From: Mobula hypostoma
Taxonomy: Eukaryota
NCBI RefSeq assembly: GCF_963921235.1
Contig: NC_086097.1
Span: 181,290,001-181,354,000 of the forward strand
Reading direction: 5' to 3'
DNA: 64,000 nt
This document shows, piece by piece, positions 1 through 13,621 of the stretch. The position numbers and the translations under genes are program-made. The notes beneath the pieces were generated by a model. That model was not told where the DNA came from and searched no databases. It saw only the letters and a list, made by a program, of their open reading frames with translations. Position 1 is the first letter of the stretch. Every line of letters starts with the position of its first letter.

Positions 1-1719
1 TGTGTATCACTCCAGTCTTCCAACCTCACTTTGAATCTCAGAGTTGCCATGGTAACTGGGAATTAGCATTATATGGTGCGTCACATTCATTCGAAGAACA
101 AATAAGAAGAAATGTGAGTATGGGCGAAGATTATAGAAACTGGACCAACTCCACCACTCAACTATGTCTCCTTCCTGCTGCAGCTGCCTGTGCTGCCTAC
201 CCTTCCCCTGTGCCGTATCTGGCTGTGAGAAATCAGGGCCACTCTTCTTCTCAGCATCAGCCAGGAGGTCAAGCAGACAACAGTGTTTATAGGGCTCTAA
301 TCCATCCAGAATTGGACAAGTTATTTTCGCAAAGCTGTTTAACAATCTCACATCCTGTATATTTTAAAATATTGCTTGCTCCCATCTTGTTTTGGGAAAT
401 TCAGATGGTGGTCATTCTCATTACTCGAGCCTATTTACACATGGATGACCCTGTCTTTGAGGTGCTGCTGTGCTGTGACTCTCTCTAAACAAAATAATCA
501 GTTCAGTGAACTTGCTCAGGATAGGGAGGCTACAGAGAAACTTCTCCACAAGAACCCATGAGAAAAGCTTTCAAAACAGTGCTGCAGATGCTGGAAAGTT
601 AAAACAGAAAATACCTGAAATACTCAGCGGGTCAGGCATTACTTGTGGAGGGAGAATCAGTCCTGGAAGTCAGTTGAGTTCATTCACACTGTGTTACCTC
701 CTCTCTCCCAAAGACTCCCAGGTCCAACCGACTTCGCTAAAGCTTGCCTCCTCTTCTTTTTCAGCCTCCCTTCAGCGGAGGTTGGCCTTGCTAATTACCT
801 GTTGTACCTGCATATTAACTTTGTGTGATTTATATATGAGCTTGATCTTGCAGGATGGGAGATAATTAAAGGTTTGTGAAATTGGAATCTGAGAATGATA
901 TAGAAAAAAATACATTCAGCCATATTGGTATGTTAAGTTTATAAGCTAAGCTGTGGGAAGTGAGATCAGTCTGGTAAAAGGTAATTCTAGAAGGTCTTCT
1001 GTTCCTGGAATGATATTGGAGATTTTACCACCCTTTTTAATGTTTTTTATTAAACAAGAGGTGAACTACCAGTTTGTACCTACTGCAGTGATAGAGGTGG
1101 CATCTGTGGAAGGAATAGTCATGCAAATCCTGACTAAGGATGGGATTTTGATTGATCCTATGACATTGTTTGCCTTGTCCTGGGTGGCAAAGGTTGCAGG
1201 GGCTGTCTTGGTGAATTGTTACAATATGAACATTACTTGATTATAATGGCAAATGTTGAATTAATCTATTACGCATTTGAACAATGATGGAACTTTTTCA
1301 TTTGTTGGTGCTACACTCATTCAAGCAATTGGACAGTACTCTAATGCACTTTGAACTTGGTCCTTGTAGATAGTGGAAAATTCAGCTAATGAGGAATTGC
1401 TCAGAATACCTGTATATTGAAACACAAAATGCTGCATCTGCAGAAATCTTAAAACAAAAATGTCAAAAATAGATCTTAGAATGGTATAGCACTGGACAAC
1501 CCATTCAGCCCATGATGTTGTGCCTATCATGATGCCAATTCTTGCCAAATGTTCTTCAGTGTATCATCCACGTCCCTCTATTCCTTTCATAATGATGTCT
1601 ATCGAAAAGCCTCTAAAACTTCAGCAAACTGTCTGCTTTCACTACTATCCCTGGTAGTTCAGTCTAGGCACCTACTACTCTTTTTTTTTATTTGAAAAAA
1701 AGGTTGCCCCATCACGTTA

Positions 1720-3590
1720 TAGGCTATAAGGCCATAAGATATAGGAGCAGAAGTAGGCCATTTGGCCCATCGAGTCAGCTCTGCTATTCAATCATGGGCT
1801 GGTCCAATTCCTACAGTCATCCCTGCTCCCCTGCCTTCTCCCATACCCTTGATGCCCTGGCTAATCGAGAACCTCTCTTTCTCAGCCTTAAATACGCCCA
1901 ATGATTTGGCCTCCACAGCCGCTTGTGGCAACAAATTCCACAGATTTACCGCCCTCCGACAAAAGTAATTTCTCCGCATCTCTGTTCTAAATGGACGTCC
2001 TTCAATCCTGAAGTCGTACCCTCTTGTCCTGGACTCCCCTATCATGGGAGATAACATTACCGTATCTAATCTGTTCAGGCCTTTTAACATTCGGAATGCT
2101 TCTATGAGATCCACCCTCATTCTCCTGAACTCCAGGGAATACAGCTCAAGAGCTGCCAGAGTAACCCTTTCATTCCTGGAATCATTCTTGTGAATCTTCT
2201 CTGAACCCTCTCCAATGTCAGTATATCCTTTCTAAAATAAGGAGCCCAAAACTGCACACAATACTCCAAGCGTGGTCTTACGAGTGCCTTATAGAGCCTC
2301 AACCACATCCCTGCTCTTATTCTATACACCTAGAAATGAATGCCAACATTGCATGCCCCTTCTTCACCACCGACTCAACCTGGAGGTTAACCTTTAGGGT
2401 ATCCTGCACAAGGACCCCCAAGTCCCTTTGCATCTCTGCACTTTGAATTTTCTCCCTATCTAAGTAATAGTCTACCCGTTTATTTCTTCCACCAAAGTGC
2501 ACGGCTGTACACTTTCCAACATTGAATTTCATTTGCCACTTTGCCCATTGCCCTAAACAATCTAAGTTTCTCTGCAGGCTCTCTGTTTCTTCAACACTAC
2601 CTGCTCCTCCACTTATCTTTGTATTTTCATCAAATTTAGCTACAAATCCATTAATCTCATAGCCCAATCATTGACATACATTGTAAAAAGGAGCGGTCCC
2701 AACACCGACCCCTGTGGAATTCCACTGGTAACTGGCAGCCAGCCAGTATAGGATCCCTTTATTCCCAATCAGCCAATGCTTCACCCATGCTAGTAACTTC
2801 CCTGTAATTCCACAGGCTCTTACTTTGTAAGCCACCTAATGTGCGGCAAAGGTCAAAGGCCTTCTGAAAATCCAAGTCCACCACATCTACTGCATCTCCT
2901 TGTCAACCCTTCTTGTAATTTCCTCAAAAAATTGCAGTAGCTTTGTCAAGCAGGATATTTCTTTCAGGAAACCATGCTGGCTTTGGCCTGTCTTGTCATG
3001 TGCCTCCAGGTACTCCGTAATCTCATCCCTGACAATTGATTCCAACAAGTTCCCAACCTCTGATGTCAGGCTAACAGATCTATAGTTTTCTTTCTGCTGC
3101 CTCTCCCTTCTTAAATAGCGGAGTAACATTTGCAATTTTCTGGTACAATGCTAGGATATATTGATTCTCGAAAGATCACTGTTAATGCCTCTGCAATCTC
3201 TCCAGCTACTTCCTTCAGAACCTGAGGGTGTATTCCATCAGGTCCAGGAGATTTATCCACCTTCAGACCATTAAGCTTCCTGAGCACCTTCTCAGTTGTA
3301 ATTTTCACTGCGCATACTTCACTTCCCTGACCCTTGAATGTCCAGTATACTGTAGGTGTCTTCCACTGTGAAGACTGATACAAACTACGCATTCAGTTCC
3401 TCTGCCATCTCTGCATCTCTCATTACAATATCTCCAGCATCATTTTCTATTGGTGCTATACCTACCCTCAACTCTCTTTTACCCTTTATATACTTAAAAA
3501 TGCTTTTAGTATCTTCTTTGATATTTGTCGCCAGCTTCCTTTCATAATTCATCTTTTCCTTCCTAATGACCTTCTTGGTTTACTTCTGTA
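1720..3590 (-). mobile_element. CR1-clade LINE, 5'-truncated and decayed (ORF2 RT region + 3' end)
   Basis: Minus ORFs 3111-3392, 2887-3135, 2317-2667, 2117-2329 and 1788-2120 give consecutive CR1 ORF2 motifs (KSPGPDGIHP, NYRSVSLTS, SQHGF, KFD-D-TK variant, [21 protein letters not shown]), broken by stops and frameshifts. Confidence 0.93.
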
Positions 3591-4899
3591 AATTTAAAAT
3601 CGTTTTTAAACTTTTCTTGCCTTTAAAATATGTCCTCTGGTATTTAACATTTCTACCCTTGGGAAAATGCTTTGTATGTTGGGAATTGTACATAGGGAGG
3701 GAAACAAATTTAATATTTCAGCTTCATTTCGTTTCTCCTTTCACAGATACTGCCTGAGCAACTGAGTACCTCAGGCTTTTTCTGCCTGTATTCTAGTTTC
3801 TGGTTTTCCTGCTGTTCTTTGTCAGAGCTATTAGTAACTCCAGACTCAGTGATGTAGTTGACTGTCTTTTGGACTGCTTATATCAAGGGCAATTAAGGGT
3901 ACTGTGACTGGTTTTGCCACTAACACTCATATCAATGAAATGAATAACAAAAAATATCTATTATCATAATTTCATCATGTAAACCTTGAACTGCACCACA
4001 ATGTTGATTTTTAAGTCCTTTTTAACTGAAGAATTTTTATTACCGGTAATTGTGATTTTGAATGTTGTTTCCAGGCAGCGTCGCATTAAACCACGGAGTC
4101 ACAAATTTATCAATCTCATCATTTCTCTGTTGACACGTGGGATGTATGTTTGGGTCATTTTGCAGGAAATCAGAAGCACGGCTTGTGTCAACGCAACACT
4201 CTAAGCCAATTCATGAATTAGAGGTAAGCTAATTTCTTGTGATTTTGAAGTTCACTTGTTGTTAAAGGTTGCTGTATTTGTGTTTTATCTTGCCTTTGTT
4301 CGGTCAGGTACTTCTTGCTTGTGGTATGGTGAGCCTTTGAGAGAAAACTCTGGCAGGGTTCTGCTGTAGGTTTATAAAAAGTCTAAAACTGCAAGGGGTA
4401 AACTTGTAATAAAGAAAATACTAGCTCTGGATCTTGTGAAACTATGTGGCCAATCTTTCTCCATCCAGACTGATGTGACTTGTATTCCATCATCTAAAGG
4501 TGGATCTTCATCAGATTTTGAGGGAAAGAACAGCAAACTGGCTACAAAGCAGAGTTATGGGTAGTTCACTGGATTGTCAAATGGTGGAGGGAATATTTCA
4601 TAAGGATAAGTGCTGGGACCAGTGTTGTTCATATTCTCATGTTTGATCTTAAATTTGTTAAAAGGAAATACAATTCAAAATTTTGTGATCAATGTCATTT
4701 ATATTGTATACGCAAAGCGGGATGAAATAAAATGGAGGTGTTACAAATATAAACTTTACAGAATGTGTATGGAATAAGCAAACTAATTTTATTACCGACA
4801 GCTGAGAAGTGGCACATTTTGGCCAGAAGGATAAGGAGACCTCCAAGCATTGGATGATCTCTCTATCTGGACACATAACTATCTGGAACACATAAATTG

Positions 4900-5340
4900 A
4901 ACATATATGGCTGAATGATGCAACATTAGTTAATAGATCACCAAAACAAAAGCAAACCCATTCACGTGTGTTGTCCTCAGAGAGACAGAATTGAATTGCA
5001 GGAAATTTGTGCCAAACTTGGTTAGTGGTAATAATGAGAAGAGGGCATTTCGCAGATGGTGAGGGTCCTTAGTAAAGGACAGCCCTTGAGATGAACTCAA
5101 TAGTGGGGAGGGTTGTGTCTGTGATAAAACTGGCTTAGTCTTCAATCTTCCACACCAAGCTGTAATGCAACTTGTCAGAATGCTCTCCAGCACACGTTGA
5201 CAAAAATTTGGAAGCATCTTTGGTGACATAACAAACCTCCTCAAATTCCTAACACAGTAGAGCTGCTGGGATGGTTGCAATGAGTGTAGGGCTCAGGATA
5301 GATCATCTGGGATGTTGATGCCCAGGAATTTGAACCTGTG
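4900..5340 (-). mobile_element. Rex1/Babar-type LINE 3' fragment (decayed)
   Basis: ORF 4930-5280 has LRRF...NF...ESILTSCITAW, the C-terminal motif seen in other copies in this window. Confidence 0.6.
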
Positions 5341-6726
5341 ATTCTGGTTCTAGATTGCCCAGTCAGAGGAAACATCAACTCCAGACCTATACTTTTAAAT
5401 CCTGTAGTAATTTGGCATATTCCAATGAAATCATCTCTAAAACTCTTAGGGACTACAGGCCCAGCCTGCCTCATGTCCCCTCACTGGCCAAAACCTACAG
5501 TCCCAGGAATCAATCTGGTGAACCTTCACACTCCCTCTACTGTAAATGACTCCTTATTTAAAGACTGGACCTGTACCCACTTTTCCAGGTGCAGTTCTAC
5601 CGGGGCCTGTGTAAGTGCAGGAAGATGTCCTTGTTCTTCAAATTCTCTTTGAAATAAAAGCCTGTATGCCATTTCCCTTCTTTAAAATTAGTTGTAAAAT
5701 TAGTCAGCTCCATCATGGGTACTAGCCTCCATCTTCAAGGAATGGTGCCTCAGAAAGGTGGCGTCTATCATGAAGGACTCCCACCACCCAGGACATGCCC
5801 TCTTCTCTTTGTTACCATGAGGAAGGAGGTGCAGAAACCTGAAAGCATGCACTCAGTGATTCAGGAACAGCTTCCTCCCCTTTCCCCGCTGATGGAAATC
5901 CTGCTGGAATCTCTCGTTGTTTATCTGCCTCTGTAACTGTATCACTATGTTTTCTTTTTATTGTTGTGATGTGCTTGCATATAGGTGATCTGTTTGGATG
6001 ACACAATAAACAAAAGATCGTTGCTGTACCTCTGTGACAACAGTAAATCTAATTACAAATCTATTTGGAAGATGACAACCAGTGCAAGAGTATTGCCTTC
6101 ACCTTTAAATTAACGGGAGTTTTCTCCTAACTAGTCTCACTTGTTTCTTCCTGAGCCTTCACTGCTCCTGTTATTCTTACTGTGTCTCTTCTCACTCCCT
6201 TGCTCTCCTCTTAGTACTGACTACTTTCTTCCCTTCTCCCAACTGCCTCTTCTTTCAGCTGTAAAACTGACAATGGTCGCTAGAGAAGGAGAAAGAGGTG
6301 TATGTGGCAGAAGGGAAATCCACTCATTATTATCCATATTAAAAAGAAGGGAAATTATGAAAGTTTTATAGTTATATGGAGTTGGGTAGAGGTTGATTCT
6401 CAATCTTTTAAAGTTAGGTTCTGGCTTGTTGTAGGATGAGGATATATATGAGAGTTTCAGGGTAATTTGTTGGATGCTCACTTCCCAGAAATAAATTTTG
6501 TGATTCTATGCTGGCATTTCATGAACTGATCTGGAGTTTATTTTCAGTTGTACTGTCTCTCTGCAGGGAAAATACTTGTTGCAACTGGTTTGTTGCTGAA
6601 GTGAGTCACTTGTCAGATATTCTGAAAGGATCAGTAACGTGACATCAATGTTCTGCTGTGTAATGGAGGCAGTGAGGAGGGCTGCATACACATGCTTGTT
6701 ATCTACATTAAATATCTGGATGAGAA

Positions 6727-8690
6727 GCATAGAAAATAGGTGCAGGAGTAGGCCATTTGGCCCTTCGAGCCTGCACCGCCATTCAGTATGATCATGGCTG
6801 CGCATCCAACTCAGAACCCTGTATCAGCCTTCCCTCCATACCCCCTGATCCCTTTAGCCACAAGGGCTATCTCTAACTCCCTCTTAAATAGAGTCAATGA
6901 ACTGACCTCAACTGTTTCCTGTGGGACAGAATTCCACAGATTCACCACTCTCTGTGTGAAGAAGTTTTTCCTAATCTCGGTCCTAAAAGGCCTCCCCTTT
7001 ATCCTCAAACTGTGACCCCTTGTTCTGGACTTCCCCAACATCGGGAACAATCTTCCTGCATCTAGCCTGTCCAATCCCTTTAGGATTTTATACGTTTCAA
7101 TAAGATCGCCCCTCAATCTTCTAAATTCCAATGAGTATAAGCCTAGTCGATCCAGTCTTTCATCATATGAAAGTCCTGTCATCCCAGGAATCAATCTGGT
7201 GAACCTTCTTTGCACCCCCTCTATGGCAAGGATGTCTTTCCTCAGATTAGAGGACCAAAACTGCACACAATACTCCAGGTGTGATCTCACCAAGGCCTTG
7301 TACAACTGCAATAGTACCGCCCTGCTCCTGTACTCGAAACCTCTTGCTATGAATGCCAGCATACCATTTGCCCTTTTCACCGCCTGCTGTACCTGCATGC
7401 ACACTTTCAATGACTGGTGTGTAATGACACCCAGGTCTCATTGCAGCTCCCTTTTTCCTAATCGGCCACCATTCAGATAATAATCTGTTTTCCTGTTTTT
7501 GCCACCAAAGTGGATAACTTCACATTTATCCACATTAAATTGCATCTGCCATGAGTTTGCCCACTCACCCAACCTATCCAAGTCACCCTGCATCCTCTTA
7601 GCATCCTCCTCACAGCTAACACTGCCGCCCAGCTTCGTGTCACCAGCAAACTTGGAGATGTTGCATTTAATTCCCTCATCTGAGTCATTAATAGATATTG
7701 TAAACAACTGGGGTCCTAGCACTGTGCCTTGCCGTACCCCTCTAGTCACTGTCTGCCATTCTGAAAAGGTCCTGTTTATTCCCACTTTTTGCTTCCTGTC
7801 TGCCAACCAATTCTCTATCCACAACAATACCTTACCCCCAAAAGCGTGTGCTTTTAAGTTTGCACACTAATCTCCTGTGTGGGACCTTGTCAAAAGCCTT
7901 TTGAAAATCCAAATATACCGCATCCACTGGTTCTCCCCTATCCACTCTACTAGTTACATCCTCAAAAAATTCTATGAGATTCGTCAAACATGATTTTCCT
8001 TTCACAAATCCATGCTGACTTTGTCCGATGATTTCACCGCTTTCCAAATGTGCTGTTATCACATCTTTGATAACTGACTCTAGCATTTTCCCCACCACCG
8101 ATGTTGGGCTAACCGGTCTATAATTCCCCGGTTTCTCTCTCCCTCCTTTTTTAAAAAGCAGGGTTACATTAGCCACCCTCCAATCCTCAGGAACTAGTCC
8201 AGAATCTAAAGAGTTTTGAAAAATTATCACTAATGCATCCACTGTTTATTGGGCTACTTCCTTAAGCACTCTGGGATGCAGACCATCTGGCCCTGGGGAT
8301 TTATCTGCCTTTAATTCCTTCAATTTACCTAACACCACTTTCCTACTAACATGCATTTCCCTCAGTTCCTCTATCTCACTGGGCCCTCTGTCCCCTACTA
8401 TTTCTGGAAGATTATTTATGTCTTCCTTAGTGAAGAAAGAACCAAAGTAGTTATACAATTGGTCTGCCATGTCCTTGCTCCCCATAATCAATTCACCTGT
8501 TTCTGTCTGTAGGGGACCTACATTTGTCTTAACCGACCTTCTTCTTTTCACATATCTATAAAAGCTTTCACAGTCAGTTTTTATGTTCCCTGCCAGTTTT
8601 CTCTCATAATCTTTTTTTCCCTTTCCTAATTAAGCCCTTTGTCCTCCTCTGCTGGACTCTGAATTTCTTCCAGTCCTGAGGTGAGCCAGG
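6727..8690 (-). mobile_element. CR1-clade LINE, 5'-truncated, relatively young, frameshifted ORF2
   Basis: ORFs 8246-8551, 7832-8242, 7438-7827 and 6811-7410 carry CR1 RT motifs ([39 protein letters not shown]). Closely similar to 60926-62483. Confidence 0.95.
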
Positions 8691-8699
8691 TAGAAGAAT

Positions 8700-9400
8700 G
8701 ATTATTTGGTTTACAGATGACAACTAACTTGGTGGTATAATGTTACAATAGGATGTAGATCAACTGAGAAAATGGGCAAAGGAATAGCAGATTGAATTTA
8801 ACTCTGATAAATATGTGCATTTTGGTAATGGCAGGACTTGCATACTGAATGGCAGGGTCTTGGGGAGTACTGTAGAACAGAGAGACCGAGGGGTATAGGT
8901 ACATTGTTCTCTGAAAATGGCAACACAGGTAGGCAGGGTGGTAGAAAGGCAGATGGTGTGCTTGCCTTTATTGAATGAGGCATTGAGCACATAAGTTGGG
9001 ACATTAAGCTACAGCTTGTGTGCAGTTCTGCTGAATAACTGTAGGACAGATGTGATTAAGCTGGAGAGGATGCAGGAAAGATGCACAAAGATGTTGGCCT
9101 GAACTCAGAGGATATAGGTGTAAGGTGGGGGGAGGGGGGAGATTTAAAGAAGGCTTGAGAGGTAAGTTTTCTACACAGAGGGTGGTGGGTGTGTGGAATG
9201 AGCTGCACGAGGAAGCGATAGAGGCAGGTACAGTTACAATGTCTCTATAAGTCATTTAGGCCAGGTACAGGGAGAGGAAGGCTTCAGATGAATGTAGGTC
9301 AAATGCAGGCAAATGGGACGAGCTCAGTAGGATTTCTTGATCAGCAAGGACAAGTTGGGCTGAAGGGCCTGTTCTGTACTGTGTATCTCTACGACTGTAT
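8700..9400 (+). mobile_element. Old CR1 3' fragment
   Basis: Degenerate match to CR1 RT end and 3'UTR (tttacagatgacaactaa; gagggtggtgggtgtgtggaatgagctg; gggctgaagggcctgttc). Confidence 0.7.
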
Positions 9401-9574
9401 GGTTTCATCTGAGTTGCTTTCCCCTTGCAGGGGATATACCTCAGATAATTGCATGAAAGCCCCTTTCCTCTGTACCCAGTAAATACATGAGGTGGTGACT
9501 TGTCCGATTATTTTCTGTTTCGTTATTGGGCAAATATTATGAGTTAGCATTTGGCTGTAACTGGTGAGTAAATG

Positions 9575-10820
9575 TCGAGGTTAGTGCGATGCTATTATAG
9601 CTCAAGGTGTCGGAGTTCAGAGTTCAATTCTGACGTCATCTGTAATGGTTCTGTATCTCCTCCCTGTGGAATGCGTAGATTTTCTCCAGGTGCTCTGGTT
9701 TCCTCTCATAGTCCAAATTGTCCCATGATTGTTCTGGGATATGTTTTGGGACCCCTATTCTTTGTGATTTTTGTAACAGACCTGGATGAGGATGTGGAGG
9801 GTTGTGTTAGTAAGTTTGCTGATAACACAAAGGTTGGGTGTGTTGTGGATAGTGTGGAGGGCTGTCAGAGGTTACAACGGGACATTGATAGGATGTAAAG
9901 CTGGGCTGAGAAGTGGCAGATGGAGTTCAACCCAGATAAGTGTGAAGTGGTTCATTTTGCTAGGTCAAATATAGTGGCAGAATATAGTACTAATGGTAAG
10001 ACTCTTGGCAGTGTGGAGGATCAGAGGGGTGTTGGGGTCCGAGTCCATAGGACACTCAAAGCTGCTACACACGTTGACTCTGTGGTTAAGAAGGCATACG
10101 GTGCATTGGCCTTCATCAATCATGGGATTGAGTTTAAGAGCCGAGAGGTAATGTTGCAGCTGTATAAGGCCCAGGTCAGACCCCACTTGGAGTACTGTGC
10201 TCAATTCTGGTCGCCTCACTGCAGGAAGGACGTGGAAACCATAGGTAGGGTGCAGAAGAGATTTACAAGGATGTTGCTTGGATTGGGGAGCATGCCTTAT
10301 GAGAATAGGTTGAGTGAACTCAGCCTTTTCTCCTTGGAGTGACGGAGGGTGAGAGATGACTTGATAGAGGTGTGCAAGATAATGAGAGACATTGATCGTG
10401 TGGATAGTCAGAGGCTTTTCCCCAGGGCTGAATTGGCTAGCACAAGAGAGCATAGTTTTAAGGTGCTTGGAAGATAGGTACAGAGGAGATGTCAGGGGTA
10501 GGTTTTTTACACACAGAGTGGTGAGTGCATGGAATGGGCTGCCGGCAGCGGTGGTGGAGGCGGAACTGAGAGGGTCTTTTAAGAGACTCCTAGATGGCTA
10601 CATGGAGCTTAGAAAAATAGAGGGCTATGGGTAAAGCCCAGGTAGTTCTAAGGTAGGGACATGTTCGGCACAGCTTTGTGGGCCGAAGGGCCTGTATTGT
10701 GCTGTATGTTTTCTCTGTTTCTATGATTGGACTAGACTTAAATCAGAGGTTGCTGGGCAATGTGGGTCAAAGGACTAGAAGGGCCTGTTCAGTGCTGTAA
10801 CTCTAAATAAAAATGAATAA
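9575..10820 (+). mobile_element. tRNA-derived V-SINE-like element split by a CR1 insertion
   Basis: B-box-like gagttcaattct and central ggtgctctggtttcctctcatagtccaaa at 9575-9718. The tail gaagggcctgttcagtgctgtaactctaaataaaa resumes after the CR1 at ~10725-10820. Confidence 0.6.
9721..10725 (+). mobile_element. CR1 LINE 3' fragment
   Basis: ORFs 9572-9898 (VLGPLFF..KFADNTK), 9920-10342 (HLEYCAQFW) and 10392-10634; tail tgttttctctgtttctatg. Confidence 0.9.
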
Positions 10821-13290
10821 AAAGCAGCATGGTCCATGGTTGAGGGACTGGTGCGAAGGGATATTAGGTGGAGATGAGAAACATTAAGTGGAGGTGAAAG
10901 ATTGGTGCAGAGGGAAATCGGGTGAAGCTGAGGGACCAATGCAGACTGAGTTGGGAGTGACGTCGAAGCTGAATGTTGTGGGAGTTCAAGCTTGGTCTTT
11001 AGGTTTGAATTTGGCAGAGCCTCCCAAACGTGGAACACATTGTACATGCATTAACTGGCAGGCTGAGAGTCAGTTTACCGTGGCAGGGCCAGTCGTGGTT
11101 TACAACAGCAGGACTTACTGCTTTCCATGATTTACAATGGGGGTATTTGTTGAAGATATCTAGAGTTACACATTCATAAACGTTTTGGTTGTGCTTGAAT
11201 TGTATGTGTAAGCTGAAGCTTCAAACAGTAGGTTGATGTATGTTAAAGGTTGTGCTGTGTTTGGGAGAGACATTAGGCTTTTGGTCTTACGCTCCCTGTC
11301 TTTAGGCAGTCTAGGGGTGAGGTAAACTCTGGAGAGAACCTGGGTTGTTAGAAGAGGGCTGAAGTAGCTATCTTGCAGTGTTGAAAGCGTTTAGCCCCAG
11401 GACTCCACCTGCCAACAAAGAACGAGTTTATCTACAAGCTGCATGGTTTCAATATAGGTCCACCTTATTTTGGGAGTACTGACATATGGATGTTGTTCAG
11501 TGAGGGATCAACTCCAGTGTGACCAGCTCTCAGTCAAATAGTTCTCATGACCTTGCTCCTATGTGAGTGAGTTGCAGGAGTGCTGGACTTCAGCATGTTG
11601 GGTATAGATGCAAATCAATGTTTGCAGAAATACATTGATGGCAGTACGTAATGCATTGACTGAGGTAGGCAACATCGGTACAAAGTGCTCTCCCTAGTCT
11701 CCCGCCTTGTCCCCATCTATTATTTTCTCAGCCAGAGTGTACTTATTCCATTTACTCATTGCAGGGTTTGCACATCATGCAATCCTTGCTTGCTGGCTTG
11801 TCAGGGACACTCTCTCTCTACTCTCTCTTTCCTCTGCTGATTTGTATGTTCTCTATCTCCTATTATCAACTCCTTTACTCATTCTGGTATAAGCACTTCT
11901 TTTTTTTTAAAAAAAAAAGGCACAGAGCCTTAAAAGTGCATGAGAAATTCATAAGAATGATACCAAAACTAGGATTGAACAGCCTGTCTCTCATTAGAAG
12001 AGGAAAAGAAGAGAGAGGTGACCTGATAGAGGTGTTTAAAATCCTGGTTTGGGAGGATGTGAAGGTATGTGTTTACTGGGTTTGCTCTGAGTTATCAAAG
12101 TTCATGTGAGATAGTAAATAAATCCATTAGAATAAACTGTTGATCTTGGGAATGTGAAACATGCAGTAGGAAGTTGGCTGTAAGTGTAATATTATTGGTT
12201 TAAACTGAAGTTGAGTGTTTGGGAGATGACCCCCATCCCTCCCCTTTATAACCGTATCTGTGTTTGAACATGGAACTCAGGGGTTGTGAGTTTGGACAGC
12301 CGCAGACTGACTGTGCCATTAGATCTGGGAGTTTGTGACAAACTGCTAGAAAAATAACAATGCAAGTCGCCAGTGATGGTAGGGTCATTGGCAGCTTGTC
12401 TGTTCCCTGGTCTGGGTTTCTGATTGTCCCCACCTCTCGTTCTGATTGACATGGTTATCTCTAAAATAAATACACACAGCATCTTGTCAGGGCAACGACA
12501 GATGGGTCATAACTGCAAAACCCAATCGTAGAAAATAAATGCAGGTAGAATTTGGAGATTCTTTCACTTGATTGAATCTTGCATGCTCATGTGTTGGTTT
12601 ATTTTGATGTCAGTATTTAATAATTTTTTTTTCCAACTGTTTGAAATAACATGGCTTCTCAATTCTTGCTCTTGATGAATCAGCCATTCATGGGAATCTC
12701 ATTCTCCCTTTGCTCTTGCTTCCTTGCCTCGTGTTCTGTGACTCTGTCTAATTTCCCGTTTTCTGTTTCTGCCCTTTTTTCCAGTTTTTAACACTGATGG
12801 GTAAATGGAATAAGAGGAGGTGGTAGAGGCATGACGGTCATACTGTAGGTCTCCAAATGCTTTTAAAACATTATGTGGATAGGAAAAGGATAAAGAGATA
12901 TCGGCCAAATGTAGGCAAATGGGATTAGCTCTCAGAGACATTTTGGTTTGCGTAGATGAGTTCGGCTGAATGACTTATTTCTGTGATATATACAGTGTCT
13001 ATATCAGTATTCCCCCCGCCCCCAGAAGTTTTCAAGTTTTATTGTTTTACAACATTGAATCACAGTGGATTGAATACTATCACACATTTTAATTCCACAT
13101 CCCATTCCCATTCTGACATGTCTATCCACGGCCTCCTCTGCTGTAAAGATGAAGCCACACTCAGGTTGGAGGAACAACACCTTATATTCCGCAAACAACA
13201 GGAATTCTGCAGATGCTGGAAATTCAAGCAACATACATCAAAGTTGCTGGTGAACGCAGCAGGCCAAGCAGCATCTATAGGAAGAGGCGC

Positions 13291-13326
13291 AGTCGACGTT
13301 TCAGGCCGAGACCCTTCGTCAGGACT
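13291..13326 (-). ncRNA. Minimal type I hammerhead ribozyme motif
   Basis: Minus strand reads AGTC CTGACGA AGGGTCTCGGCCT GAAA CGTC GACT. Confidence 0.8.
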
Positions 13327-13621
13327 AACTGAAGGAAGAGTGAGTAAGGGATTTGAAAGCTGGAGGGGGAGGGGGAGATGCAAAATGATAGGACAAGACA
13401 GGAGGGGGAGGGATAGAGCCGAGAGCTGGACAGGTGATTGGCAAAAGGGGATACGAGAGGATCATGGGACAGGAGGTCCGGGAAGAAAGACAAGGGGGGG
13501 GGTGACCCAGAGGATGGGCAAGAGGTATATTCAGAGGGACAGAGGGAGAAAAAGGAGAGTGAGAGAAAGAATGTGTGCATAAAAATGAGTAACAGATGGG
13601 GTACGAGGGGGAGGTGGGGCC

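Noticed and set aside
3..488. Open frame of ~160 codons at the window start as a host exon
   Set aside because: No recognisable domain and no convincing splice donor; cannot be supported without a homology search
12983..13582. 199-aa plus-strand ORF
   Set aside because: Chimera of flank, a GIY-YIG fragment and the antisense purine-rich Penelope 3'UTR
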